Shown: positions 27,837 through 40,633 of the stretch, one piece after another | How the letters are laid out: each line of letters starts with the position of its first letter | Numbering within the stretch: position 1 is the first letter of the stretch | Notes under the pieces: model-generated | Databases searched by the model: none | The model's input: the letters and a program-made list of their open reading frames with translations, nothing else | Told to the model about the DNA's origin: nothing | Source: Sphagnum compactum | Taxonomy: Eukaryota | Length of the DNA: 64,000 nucleotides | Direction of reading: 5' to 3' | NCBI GenBank assembly: GCA_965153455.1 | Contig: OZ234494.1 | Span: 1,922,001 to 1,986,000, forward strand | Made by a program: the position numbers and the translations under genes

Positions 27837-28962
27837 TAAATTACTATTCTTGGCCATAATGAACTAGCACCCATTAACTCACCATCCATTGGATACCTAT
27901 TATTATTCAATTGTGGATGAATATCAACTAAGTTAATATTTGGTTTCACCTTGGTAAACAATTATGTAGGAAATAGGTCTCATATATAAGTAGGAAAATA
28001 AGTAAATTTCTATCATACTACAAGGCCGCACTTAAAAATATGAAGGTATAATATGGGTGTCGGTTCACCTTGGTTAGGGGAACAACCCCTCATGTAAAGT
28101 GGCTTTGTACATGAGTATCTTTAAATTTACCACTAAGTTTTGAGGTGAAACCATGTTGCTAACCCGGTCTCTATACCAGCAAAGGGTGTAAGATTAGTGT
28201 TAAAAATATACACAAATCCTATTGCCTATGGTGCAATAGGCTTGTGCCTAGGTATTAAAAAAAAAGCCCTTGTGATCAATTAGATTGTTAAAATGGGAGC
28301 CTTGAATTCATTTGAGGAATAATTTAACACACAAATGTTGTAAAAACATCATAGGCTTATCCCTATGTGCAAAGAAAGAATTTGTGGGCAAAGAGAATGT
28401 TCAAGTATCTTCAGTTGGTTTTTAAGAGTTTCCTTCATGAACTTGTACTTACATGTTGCATGCAACCAATAGGCAAATTACAAGGAGTTGTTAACAAGAT
28501 TTTGAAGTTTTATCGTATCATTCTAATTTTATTCACATATTTTATTCCCCATATTACTTTTTTGAAGTACCTATGCATATTTGAATTAATTAGATGGGGA
28601 TGCCTTATGTTGAAAATTGAAGTGGATTGATGAAAAAAAAGAAATGGCAAAGATATTGATTTTACCATGAGCTCCCCACGCAACCTTGGATTACAGAAAT
28701 GTTGTTATAAACCTACGATCCACCCCTGAGTTATAGCCTAATCTAAATAGGAAGCGAACACCCCCATGCAAATGTTACCTACCCTAAAAGTGCATGCACA
28801 AGGCCATCATCTCATGCATTGAAATATTTTGCACTAAATTTAGCAAAAAATATTTAAGTAAATTTACTTAACATGCCTCATAGTCCCGAAAGTATGTGCA
28901 TGTACCACAAATATTTTAAGTAATTATAACGTAATAAAAGTAATTTAAATAATTTGGTAGGA

Positions 28963-29400
28963 TGTTGATATCCAACACCCCCGTTCAACAAATTATAAAG
29001 TTACACACGTAATCACACCCATCAAGTGTCGAAAATATTCATGCTTGTGAGCAAAAGTCCTTTGGTCAAAATATTTACAACCATATTCTTTGTGTTGTAA
29101 TACATCAACTTAACAATGTTGTTTCAATCTTTTCTAGCACCAAATGATGTTGAATCTCACTACATTTTGTGCAAGCATGAAAGATTGGGTTCTTAGATAA
29201 AAATATACAACTTTGATTGTCATTGTACATGACAATGGGTTTCATATGTGGAACACCAATGTTCCCAAAAAGTGATGAAAGCCATATTGCTTGCATTGTT
29301 GCTTGTGAAGCTATTATATATATAGATTATGTGAGCTCTATAAAAAACAAATAGAGGTTGGTTTTGCTATTCCAACACATTATGGATTTTTTTGATTAGT
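28963..29400 (-). mobile_element. Ty1/Copia relic: RNase H C-terminus, PPT and start of 3' LTR
   Basis: QAIWLSSLFGNIG...PIVMYNDNQSCIFLSKNPIFHACTKCSEIQHHLVLEKIE, then VNILTKGL in a shifted frame (Copia DNQ.AI...NP.FH.RTKHI / ADILTK). PPT GAACGGGGG is followed by TGTTGG at 28977. Confidence 0.85.
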
Positions 29401-30941
29401 CAAAGAAACAACTATGGTCCTTTTTTATTACAATTATAACTACTTAGTCACAAAAATCACTATGTAGTTGCAAAGGCCATTGAGATGTCATGGTCTTGTG
29501 ATAATTAATAGGAAAATTAATGAGCTTTTCTAGATAGATATATTAATATTCTAAAAATTATAATAACATGCTTTAAATGAATTAGAATTAGTTAATTAAA
29601 AATACCCTGATTTTTGCAACTAGAATAATGGCTTTTAATCTCACAACATGATGATGTGGCATTCCACATGCAATGTGCTAATAAAATATTTGATATTAGT
29701 CAACATGATGATTCATACACTACTTTGGATAAAATGAGGCATTTATTGGTCGGTCATTATGTTAGAAATGATGTCCAGTCCTTCAACGTAGCTCTTTGCA
29801 TCAAAATGCAAGTCCAAAAACTTTACCCTCACTTAACAAAATCTTCTCCTTTGAACCAGACACAAAAATGACTATTGTTTTTTTCAATTACATTTATAAC
29901 TACTTAGTAATAATAATCATTAAGTAATGGCAAAAAATATCAACATGCCACTTAGCATCATGGTTTTGCAATTGTAATCAATATGACAACTTGTTGATTT
30001 TTTGGGTAAATTATCATATTATTTTCAATTTTTGTTCATTAGTTAGTTAATTGCAAGAACCATCCACCTTTGCAACTAATAATGATTCAGTCTTCCATGT
30101 GATGATGACATGACATGCCATTTGGCAACAAGGTGTCACAAATTTTCATGGCAATCCATCATTTTTTGTGAAACCATAAGTTTTTGTGTGTCTTGAATTT
30201 ATGGCACCAATATTTGTCATGGCATGCTATATGTTTTGTGTGTCATGAGTTTTTTGAAGTTATGAATTCACATGCATGTGTATGTGTACTAAACAGTCTA
30301 TTGTTAATTTGTAATTATGATTACCATATTAATAGTTGTTTTGAAAAAAATGACACATAATTCCTTGATTTTTAAACTATTTAACATGTTAGTTTAGGTT
30401 AACATACCTATTAAATTAACCTATGTATGTAAGCTACTTAGTAAAAACTTATTTCGTAATATAGGCTACCTTGTAAGTTACTTAACAGACATAAATGTTT
30501 TTTTACATCTAGTATGTTTAAATATACTTAGAATAAGTTAACCTAGGTAGGCTTTCCTAAGTTCCTAACTTTAGGTTTTTTGCCGAGTCAACCTAGATAG
30601 CCTCATTACAAAATATTTTTTCAAATTTGTAATCACCTCAAGTTTGTGTGACTAGATGTGACTGAATGTGAGATAATTATTCTAGGTTTTTTTTTTTTGG
30701 GCCTAAGAATGCATAAGTTAACCTAGGCTAGGTCAGTGAGTAGTTTAGGTTGACAAATTAATTCATTTTAAGTTAACCTAGGAAGGTTTAGATCTAAGTT
30801 AGGTTGGTAGGTAATAAATAGGTTGAGCTAGGTCAACCTAGGGTGGCAAAGGTTAATTCAAGGCTAAAAATTTTGAGCTTTATAACTTTGTGTTAAATAT
30901 AATTAGTTAAAAAAATGTGGTAGTGCAATGGATGAGGACTT

Positions 30942-31500
30942 CACTACTAGAAAACATGTGGTTAAACCATTGTGCAAACCACTCATTTTGTAGTGGTACC
31001 ATTATAATGGGTTTTAAGTAGGTTTAGTGGTTTAAGGTAATGGTTGGTCCCCAATGGGATAAGGAAACCACTGAATTGGTGATTGGGTGGTTTGGTTCAA
31101 ATTTTTTTTAATATTTTTTTAAAAGGTGCCCGAGCAACAAGTGTATAATTAATGGTTTTATAAGGTGGTTTCATGTGGTGGTCATTAGGGTCAAACCTTG
31201 ATTGATTGGTCAAACAATTTTTTGATTGGTCTAATGCCATGTGGCATTTAGACATTGGCCACCCAAGCTAAGCCAAATGGACTTTTGACATTGGCCACCC
31301 ATGTTATGCCTTGTGGCATTTAGACATTGGCCATCCAAGTTATGCCACGTGGCATATAGACATTGACCATCTAAGTTTTGCCACGTGGCATTTAAACATT
31401 AGCCATCCAAGTTCTACCACGTGGCATTTAGACATTGGCCACCCAAGTTACGTCATGTGGCATTTAAACATTAGCCACTTAGGTTATGCCTTGTGCTAAA
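30942..31500. mobile_element. CACTA element terminus (CACTACTAGAAAA) with subterminal repeats; other end not found
   Basis: Canonical CACTA TIR at 30942-30954, followed by ggtt/aacc motifs and a tandem array. Confidence 0.55.
31234..31495. repeat. 36-bp tandem repeat, ~7 copies, each with an ATGCCACGTGGCAT-type palindrome
   Basis: gacattggcc-like motif at 31251, 31287, 31323, 31359, 31395, 31431 and 31467; the ORF repeats WHLDIGHPSYAT. Confidence 0.92.
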
Positions 31501-33399
31501 ACCTAAATGATCTAGGTTAAACCTGAGCTAGGTCTAAATTATGTTTAAGAACTTAAAACTTTAAACCTAAGCAATTAGGCCAAAACCTAAAACTAGGCTA
31601 CTAGACTAGGCCTAAATATAAGCCATTTAGGTAAATAGGAATAGGTAAGTAAATAGGTCTAAATAGGTAGGTAAATAACATCCTATTTAATTTTTGGTCA
31701 CAAACCTTTTTTATTAGCTCATCACAAATAATTTGCACTTTGAGTATATTTTGTGCATGTTTTGTGTGTAGACTGTTACTTTTTCATCCAGTTATATAGT
31801 TTACAAAATTCAACTTGTTGACAAAGGATATGGGATAAATTTACAACATTATTTCACATCATTGTTTGTCCCTTAAAAAGATCTTTGGCAAGTTGAAAAC
31901 AATAGTGCCTTTCCCACATACATCAAGTGTATTATAATTTCCAAGATACACTTTGTGACTTAAAGGAATTTTTTCAAAAGTTGAGAATATTTCCTTTTGA
32001 AAGATTAGATGTTGTAAAGTTTTAGACTCGTCAAACCATGTACCCTACAAATTGTAGAAATAGATAAAATAGTCATAAGAAGTTCAATTTTGCTTGTTGT
32101 AGATACTTGTGAAAAACCTTTGAATTTGTTCTTCCAATCTTATTTCTTCTTGTGACATTTTCTTGAAAAGTGGCCTTTGGTGCCACAATTGTAGCAAGTT
32201 CTTTTTTTCTTTTGCTTTTCATTCTTGAACTTTTTATAATCTACAACCTTTTTGAACTTCCCAAAAACACCCTTAACAATTAGTGATTCATGTCTTATAC
32301 CATGGTTAAATTGTTATTTTCGTTTACATTGCAATTCTTCTTACAATAGATTTCCACATACTAACTCTATACATAATTGATTTGTGCAAGTACTAATTGA
32401 AACCACAAGGGTATGGAATGATGGTGGCAAACTCTTGAAAAGTGTGAATGTCAAATCTTCATAAACACTTGATGATCAATATTTGTTAATTGATTTACAA
32501 TCATCCAAAGCTTTATCAATATGAGCTTGCATTAAGGTGCCTTCTTCCATCTTAAGATTATATAATTATTAACGTAGTTGCAATCTATTGCCAATATGTC
32601 TCTTTTTAAATGTTGCACAAAGATTGTCACATGCATATTTTGTAGTTTTTGCACCAGCTACATGATGCAACAAATAATGAATAACATTTAGGAAAATTGT
32701 TCCATGAGCCGATTAGTTTCGAAATAATTCCTAGAAGCTCTATTCAACACATTTTCAAGCTTGTTTGGTTGCACCTTTTTTGCGCAAATCTTTTTGTTTT
32801 TCATGTTGTGTAAAGTGATTTCTATTTGTTTTGTTTTGCATGTTATGTTATCCCACACTAATTTTGAACCTAGCACCTCTCAAGAAAGAATGAGAATATC
32901 AATCATCAACATAATTTTTGAGGTAAAATAACTATATATATAGAACCTAAAAAAAAATTCAAACCATGTGACAAAACCATGCAACTTTGCACAAGGTTGA
33001 ACTTTGTCGACCACCAAATGTGTTGAATAGAGCTCATTGGGGGTGATTAATGTCTTCTTTAAATATCCCCCAATGAGCTCTTTTGAACGCATTTTCAAAC
33101 TTGTTTTTTTCCACCATGCATGATTTTGCATAGAACCATGCAACACAATTCTACTCTTTTTTTTTTCCTCACATCTTGCTGTTGCACACTTATTTTGAAC
33201 CCATCACCTTTCAAGAGATAAAGAGATTCCTACTAATAAGGTAGTTCGTTGCTTGGAACAACTGTAATGTTATTTCTTGTGAGCTTGTTGAGAGGGTGTT
33301 TAACATCTTCCCAATTGAGGGGCTTATTAAGAGAGAGGAATATGGCACATTACTTGTGCTGTTTAATAGTTCTCATTTAAACTTTACAACCACGTTTCT

Positions 33400-34250
33400 G
33401 CATGAATTATGAGTCAGAATTTTGCTGTAAAGTCGTAAGTTTGCAGCGTCAGAGACGAATCCTCATTGGAGAAGGGAACACGTACCATGGACACACACAG
33501 TACATACCACAGAGGGGAGCGGCAGCCATAAATCTGGGCAGATTGTTCAAACATTTTTTGATTGCCTGGGTTATGGCAGAAAACTCCAGAGCGGCACTTT
33601 TATCTAACCCAGAAAGTTCTGCAAGGGCAGATAGTGAAACTATATTTTCTCCAAGATTTGGACCTTGCATCGGAGCCATCTACGTTACAGCAAATATTCA
33701 GCAAGAACAAATGGTTTATGGCACTTTATGCAAGGCACCCCAGGTCATTATAAAGCATCGATGAATGTCATTATTTATTGTGTATTTTCCAAAAGTATTG
33801 CCTGTAGACTTGTCGGAGAACGCACTGGGTTGTGTTAAGGAAGAGCCCGGCATTGGATTCTAAGGGACAGTCAGAAGATTTGAGCTTGGACTGGGGCCTT
33901 AGGATGTTTTTGTGCGTGAGCTTACCCACCCCAGCGTCCAGTAATAAGACATATTGCCTACCATGCAATGATGCAGAAAGTAACAAGAAGCTCATTATGG
34001 AATGGCTCGGCCCTGTACAGAAAGTTCAAATAAAAGTAAATGACAAATGATGGAACTGGGTCTACAGATTACTGATACAATTCCCAGCCGTCATCTACAC
34101 ATTGGTTCCAAGTTCAAACTGAAACTTTACCTAAAGTGCCTTCAACTCTGGGCAGAGCAAAAGAAAAGAGACACTGCAAAAGACCATTTGCATACAGCAG
34201 TGAGAAGAATGTATAATTGTCATTGCTTGCTCTTTTCGGGGTAAGGATTT
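33400..34250 (+). pseudogene. Possible degenerate coding fragment, unidentified
   Basis: Chain of overlapping short + ORFs (33402-33764, 33562-33753, 33832-34050, 34047-34244) with protein-like composition and higher GC than the flanks; no motif recognised. Confidence 0.3.
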
Positions 34251-34760
34251 GCTTTCTGAGTTGTCCTTGTGCATGTCTTTTAGCACCTTGGTTGGCTGTT
34301 CATAGATTATTATTCATGTTTTCATTGAGCGTCCAAACATTTGACCACTCTGAAGCAGCTGGAAACTATCTAATCAGTGAATCAGTTGCCCCCACAAAGC
34401 ATTTGTCAGCAGAATCATCCCCCCTTGGCTGCCTTCCTTGACCAGTTTGGACCCCATTGTGGGTTATGTTAACTGCACATAAGTCCAGTTCAAACCCGTG
34501 TTCGGTGGGTATATATTTCAAAACCAAACCCCCGCAGGGTCTTTGACAGGGTACATAGGTTCATGATAGACAGGGATCATATTTTGAAAGACCCACCCCA
34601 GGTTGGTTGGTACCAGGGGAATACAAAATGTTCCGTAAACTGCCCCCACACCCATGCCCGCGTTTTCAAATTTTTTGTGTTATCCATACCTGAACCCAGC
34701 CCGGCTTGAAAAAACGTCATCGTTATGAGCAAAAACCTAATTTCATCCCCTTCGATATAC

Positions 34761-36485
34761 CAGTGCTGTCCACACATCCTGCAGGATCCGGCCGCAACCG
34801 CAGCCGCCCGATTTACCTAGCGATATCCAGGCACAACCGCAGCCGCCCACCACCACAACGTTTCGGCTGTAGCCTTCTCCCCCGCATCATTGATTTCATC
34901 ATATCCGTTCATGTGTTTATAAAAAAATGTCAGCCTACTGTGAACAGTCCAAGTCCCGATTGGAGCGGAGGTAGAGGAGGGCGTTCAGCGTGTTGGGCTT
35001 CAACGCGTTGCGCTTGTTGGTCCGCGTATTGCCGGCGGACAAGAATGTACATCCCGACATCAAACTCGAAGCCGAAATGCAGAGTATGGCACGGGTGGCG
35101 CGAGCCAGAATGGGAAAATTGGCGAACTTGATTTTCCACCATGGCAACAGGCCGACATCGTGCTTGACTTCGCCATCTGGTCGGGCTCTTTTACGTGTAT
35201 CCTCCTGAAGCACAACTTTCTTATTGCTCTTGTCAGCCTTGAGCAAGCGATGTGAGGCCAACTCGTGCTCGATAAGGGCATCGAGCTGGGCCGCCTTGCC
35301 TTGCTCGTGGTCGTCGTTGCTCTTCGAAGAATCATCGTCGTTGTCATCTCGATTAGGGCCGGCGTGGACAAAGATGGTGCGCGGCTTTTTGGCGCGGTTC
35401 TTCTTTGCCGGTAGTGGATGCTTGTCACTGGACTTGGACATCGCCATCTGCTTGGGTGGGCCAACCTTGCGCATCATGTCCTTGAGGTAGAGCAGGCCGT
35501 GGTCGATCAACTCTTGAGTGAAGCCGCAATCGAGCAGGCGGTTCTTTTGCAGCAGATCCAGGTAGGCGGCGGCAGCGTGGAGCGGCTTGAGGAAGTATTT
35601 CTCCTTGAGCTGACCGAGCAGGAGCGCCTTGATGGGGCCAATCTTGTCACTGTTAGCTGCAATGGTCACCTTCTCGTCGTCTGCACTGTCGACGGTGACG
35701 AGTTCAACTCGTGGTTGGAGGTGGGCCGTCAATTTGGTAAACCACATGCCGACGAGATGAATGGTGAGCGTGAGGAACGGCTCCAGGGCTTTGCTGGCCA
35801 ACTTGAAGTAGTGCAACAGTCGGCAATGTTCAATGAGCACTTGTTCGATGATGCACTCGGCGCACTCCTCCTGTTTTCTCTTTTTCAGCAACTCGATGGA
35901 CGTAGCCAGTTCGGCGGCCACAGACTGCAACATGATGAGGAGACCGTCAAAGCGCGTCGCCACGTCCTGCTTCATCTTGTTATTCAACTTCTTGTTCAGG
36001 AGCATCTTCTTCATGTACTTGAACAGCGCCTTCGCATCATCGATCGTGTCAAAAACCAATTCGGACTTTTCATAAAAGAGGTAGGCCGCCGGCTGCTTGA
36101 CGCCGCCCACCATGCAGGTCTATTTCCGTAGCACATAACTGATGCATGTCGACAGGCGATGGCAATAGCACAGGTCCAGCTCGAACTACGACGACATTCC
36201 TTCCGCTCCGTTATTGTTTGACGTTGCATCCGACTTGACCACCACCTGCGAGTCCGTCGCCTGAACCGTCACCTCGTCCTCCTTCCAGGATATGAACGGG
36301 CGGACGTTGTTAACAAAGTCGCGATGAATTGCTAGCGCGGTGTGGCTCGTGCCTTCGCTGAACTCATCACAAGACACGACTCGAGCGTGCATGACCCAAT
36401 TGTCGTTGATCATGTGCAGGGTGTTAGCACTGTACGCCGTCTGTTTGGACTTATTGGACTTATTGGAATGGTAGTGAGGCATCAA
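34761..36485 (-). mobile_element. 5'-truncated hAT DNA transposon with pseudogenised transposase
   Basis: A single frame 36485-34935 with two internal TAG stops (36188-36186, 36122-36120). It contains SDATSN (second catalytic D), CYCH (CxxH), DVATRF and the C-terminal dimerisation motif WW.....FP.LA...RAIL.ISASS..SGCTF.SAG..RT.KRN.L.P.TL.ALL.LRSN, with the catalytic E of SER replaced by G. A hAT-like terminus CAGTGCTGTCCA lies at 34761, with subterminal repeat CAACCGCAGCCGCCC twice. Confidence 0.9.
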
Positions 36486-38244
36486 TCATATGCATGTAAC
36501 AAGTCTTATTAATGTGATTCTTAAACTAGTTTTTGTAGGAAATGCTTCCAACGTCACTTTTGAAATCTTGAAAAATGAAAGTAAATAGTAGCCAAACTTG
36601 GAGGAACATGGTGATGTGGCATACATTTTGAAATTATACACGTGGGAATTGAGGAAGCAAAGCATTGCTTGGAAGCCCCATAACCAAAATTTGCGCATAT
36701 AGGGATTCTACAAGGTGAACAACAAACAACTTGTTGCTTTTGATAAAAACCAAATAATGTGATGCATTAATGCTACAATCAAATGATTGACCTTGAAATC
36801 CTAACCTTGCATACTAGATGCCACAAAGGGTTGGTTACATACTATATGGCTATGGTGTTATTGTCATGAAAAAACATGTCAAAGTGGAACACCACGTATT
36901 TTATGCAAGATACTTAGAGGATGATTTACAAGAGTTGGAATATGGGATGGCAAGTTACTAGGTTTTAGTATTGGATAATTGGGGTGGGGTTTGGGTGTTG
37001 GTGGGGCAAGTAGCTTACTTTATAGTAGGTAGAGTTATTTTGAGAAATGGGGTTTGATTCCCTTGCAAGTTATTCCAATTCTAGGAATGTGCTTTCGTGT
37101 GAGTGAAAAAAATTGTGATCATATAGATTTTGAATATGCACAACCATTGTATGTATCCATAGTTAATGTGAATTTTACAACTAACAAATTCATATTTGCT
37201 GAAGGATCAAAATTTAACTTGAATCCACATCTGCCTCTACAAATGAATTCTTGAAAATTTTCAATGCATATATGTATGTTATATATCTTTGCAGAATATG
37301 CCTTATTGATATCCTGGAGTTAACTGTAAAATGTCATATCTGGCCAACACTGGTTCAAACCTGAGTTGACACAATAGCTCTGCTTGTACCAAGGGACTTT
37401 ACATCAGAGAAAAACGGTTCTGAAAAACAAACGCCTTCAAATTTTTAACATTGGGTTTGATCTTTTCTCGCGTCCTTATTGATGCTCTCAAAATGCGCTT
37501 TGCAGGATAGGAATAATGCAAAACGGAATAAATTTTGCATGGATGCCGACGTACACGTAAATTAGGACACGCCCCACGCTGCAATCATGGAGACAACTTG
37601 ATGCGGAGTAGGCTAGTACAATTTCTACATCTCACTGAATTGATGGAAAAAAAAAAGGATTAAATAACCCTCTTATATAATTTCTTCTGGAATAAGAAAA
37701 TTTTAAAGTTTGATGCATTGAAGAGGTTATGTTGGCTGATGCTTTGATACTTTATACCCCAAAAACCATCTGCACACAAATGAATTAGAATAAAGAATGG
37801 AGGCCAGGACCCAGTACTTTTTAACCTCCTAATTTAAATTATTAATTCTTGCTTCTCTTGGGATGAGAAAACTCTGACACAATGGGTAGTAGTAGGCTGC
37901 TTTGTCTTCATTGCTGCAGAGAATTTTGCTTTTTGCCTGCAAACCGGCGTTTTATTATTACATGCCTTTGCCGATTTATTATGCTAGCATGCAAAAAAAA
38001 AAAACCCCCATAAGGCAGCCTATGCACTGGGCAGTTGCAGGATTAAAATATTCGTCTATTAGTTGCTAATCTAACTGGGCTGTCAGTAGCAGGCTGCAGA
38101 GATTACAACCAGATTTCAGGCCATGCAGACAGCAGCAAGCTTACTTAGCGAGTACTAGCGTGGCCTGTGCCATTGGCCCTCCTCAGCTGATTTTTCCTTC
38201 CAAAACCTGGTTTTTTGGAATTCACTTGAATATTCAGCTGCAGG

Positions 38245-38572
38245 AATCACTTTAAAATCAATATCTCTCACATTTTGAATCCAAATCTTAACCAAATAAA
38301 TTCCATTAAATCCTGCTCATCAAGAACTTTCCAACAACACCAAAGGCACATTCCAATTCCTCTGAAATTGTTAGCTACAATTTAATTTAAATTTCAGCGA
38401 AGAAATCATTCAATATTCAAGAACTTTTGCACCACAAGTCCAGACGTCATGGAACCAAACCTATGCACCCCTCCTGGTCGAAAGCTTCCAAAGACACCAA
38501 GAACACGATCTGAAGCATCCCGGTTTGGTGGATCTCATACCTACAAAGCAAAACAAACTACCAGAGATAGAT
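38245..38572. repeat. Dispersed ~330-bp repeat family, copy 2
   Basis: Matches 21126-21466 in the same orientation. Confidence 0.9.
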
Positions 38573-40633
38573 ACATGGTCCCTCAAGAGCCTTTTTGGGT
38601 TCACTGTGTTCCTAATGGCCGTTTCACATGGCAGGGAACAGCCATTGGCAATGAGGGTTAGGCATGCACCTGGTGCATGTAGCTACGAAAAAGCACATTC
38701 TGCTTCTTGACCCTCTGAACAAATCGCTTTGGAGCAATCACACCAGTTTTCTTCTTCTGTGAATTGATCTGAGAACAAACCCCAAAATGGCACATTGACA
38801 AACAAATAAACTCAAGGGGCCAGTGAAGGTAAAAAGACTCTAATGCAAAAATCTCCCTACAGATATCAACATACATTACTCCAGCCTAACTACCACTGCA
38901 GGAATGCAAAAAATGCATGCACCAAAACCTTCCAGCAAAAATGGAAGTCAAAATAACAACAGCTAGTTACACATCTTGCAATCCAGGATGCTTATTATGA
39001 TTCACACAAATAGACATTGAACATAGCTACTACAATGTGCAAGATGAGGCACATGTTGTGCAGAGCAGTGAACTGAAAAGGTCCCATATATGTTTTTTAT
39101 TTTACACATTGTTGCCAAAGCCTCCAATTAATGGTATGTATATATATTTTTAAGAATCGTTGCCAATAGGGGGCTATGGGGGGTAATAGGTCTACAATCA
39201 AGAGGTCCTGAGATCAAACCTAGGCACACATGGGCTACATTATGTAAGTCTTTGGCCATGGTGCAAGACCCTGGATATGGTAATTGCAATTCTGGTGTAT
39301 CACCACCCACATAGGTATTGCAGAATTCTTTGCCAAAGATTTCTTAAGGCATGGGAACAAAGTAATGAATCTCATCAACCATCTTGTGTCCAAGTAACTT
39401 CCCAATTTGGTTATGATTTTTGCCCTGGCCGGAAAACTTATACGATGATTCTCTGGCTGCTATATTACCAAAAATATAATTTTAAGGCGAAGACAGATTC
39501 CAAAATAGACCTTCAGAAGACACCTTAAGTGTAAAACGCCCCGGTGTAAACTTTCAAGTGTTTCAATAAACTCGCTCGCCACCCGGACCCCAAAACATTG
39601 AATATTGTGACAGTCCGAGCCTGGCAATTTAGATTATGTAGAGCCAGGGTAGTCCAGTTCAGGGTTCATTAATGGAGTCTTGTCAGTTCATGATTATCCA
39701 GCATGTTGGGCTCTAGGGAGATTGTGCAACTGGTGCTCAGATTGGTAGGAAAATTAAGTAACTGAGTAGCCCTCTCTATCTCTCTCTCTCTCTCAACCAG
39801 ATAAACCCAGTGATTAACCGTATTGGACTAACTAAATGGGATTGTGTGTTACAGTTAGAATATCACACCAAAACTGCTGGGACTTGGGAGAAATATTGGA
39901 GATAAAAAAAAAAACCAATCACTTGAATCAGCAGTCAGAAGGCCACTGTCAATGATCCCAGTCTTGATATGATCCTTTTCAACACAAATGCATCAAGTGA
40001 CGAGCTCTAACATTTGAGTACTTCTTGTTTCCAGTACTTGAAATGCCCCCACACAGACAGTTTGGACAGACCTCAAATCAAACACAAGGATGTGAAAGTT
40101 AAACCCACAACATGCACCTAGATAATGGCCTAATTATAGACCATACAGCACAGACACATCTGCAGTAGGGCTTGCAATATTTAAGGTGCCTCTTATGATC
40201 AATCATGTGAAATAGAAGGTACTTAGTGCCCAATATGATAGTTGGAATCAACTGAGTTGAACTCCCAATACAAGCACAAGTTTTCCAAATTCAATCTAAC
40301 TGTATAGCACCCTGTGATTTGTTTTGATTTGAGCAGAACATGAAGTGATGTATTAAAAATGCAAGTGACACAACTTGCAAACCCACTGCAGAGTGGAAGG
40401 GCATGCTCTTACGAAGTGGAAGGCCTCACCCAGTCACCAGATGTGGCAACCCACCACAGTCACCTCTGGGGTTTGACAGGAGAGAGAGAAGGGGGAGCAT
40501 TGGCCAGCAGACTTCTTCAATGTACGTTAACTACTAACAGGTTCAAAAAAAATTGTTATGGTGCGAGAAATTCAAGATATGCAGACAGCAGACAACAGAC
40601 CTCGGCTCTGACATGCGCGCGATCTCATTGATT

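Noticed and set aside
31234..31495. CRISPR-like array (36-bp period).
   Set aside because: Units are contiguous with no unique spacers, the context is eukaryotic, and there are no cas genes.
35418..36131. 237-aa + strand ORF.
   Set aside because: Antisense shadow of the GC-rich hAT transposase.
39170..39230. tRNA B-box-like AGGTCCTGAGATCAAACC.
   Set aside because: No cloverleaf can be folded; at most a decayed SINE head.
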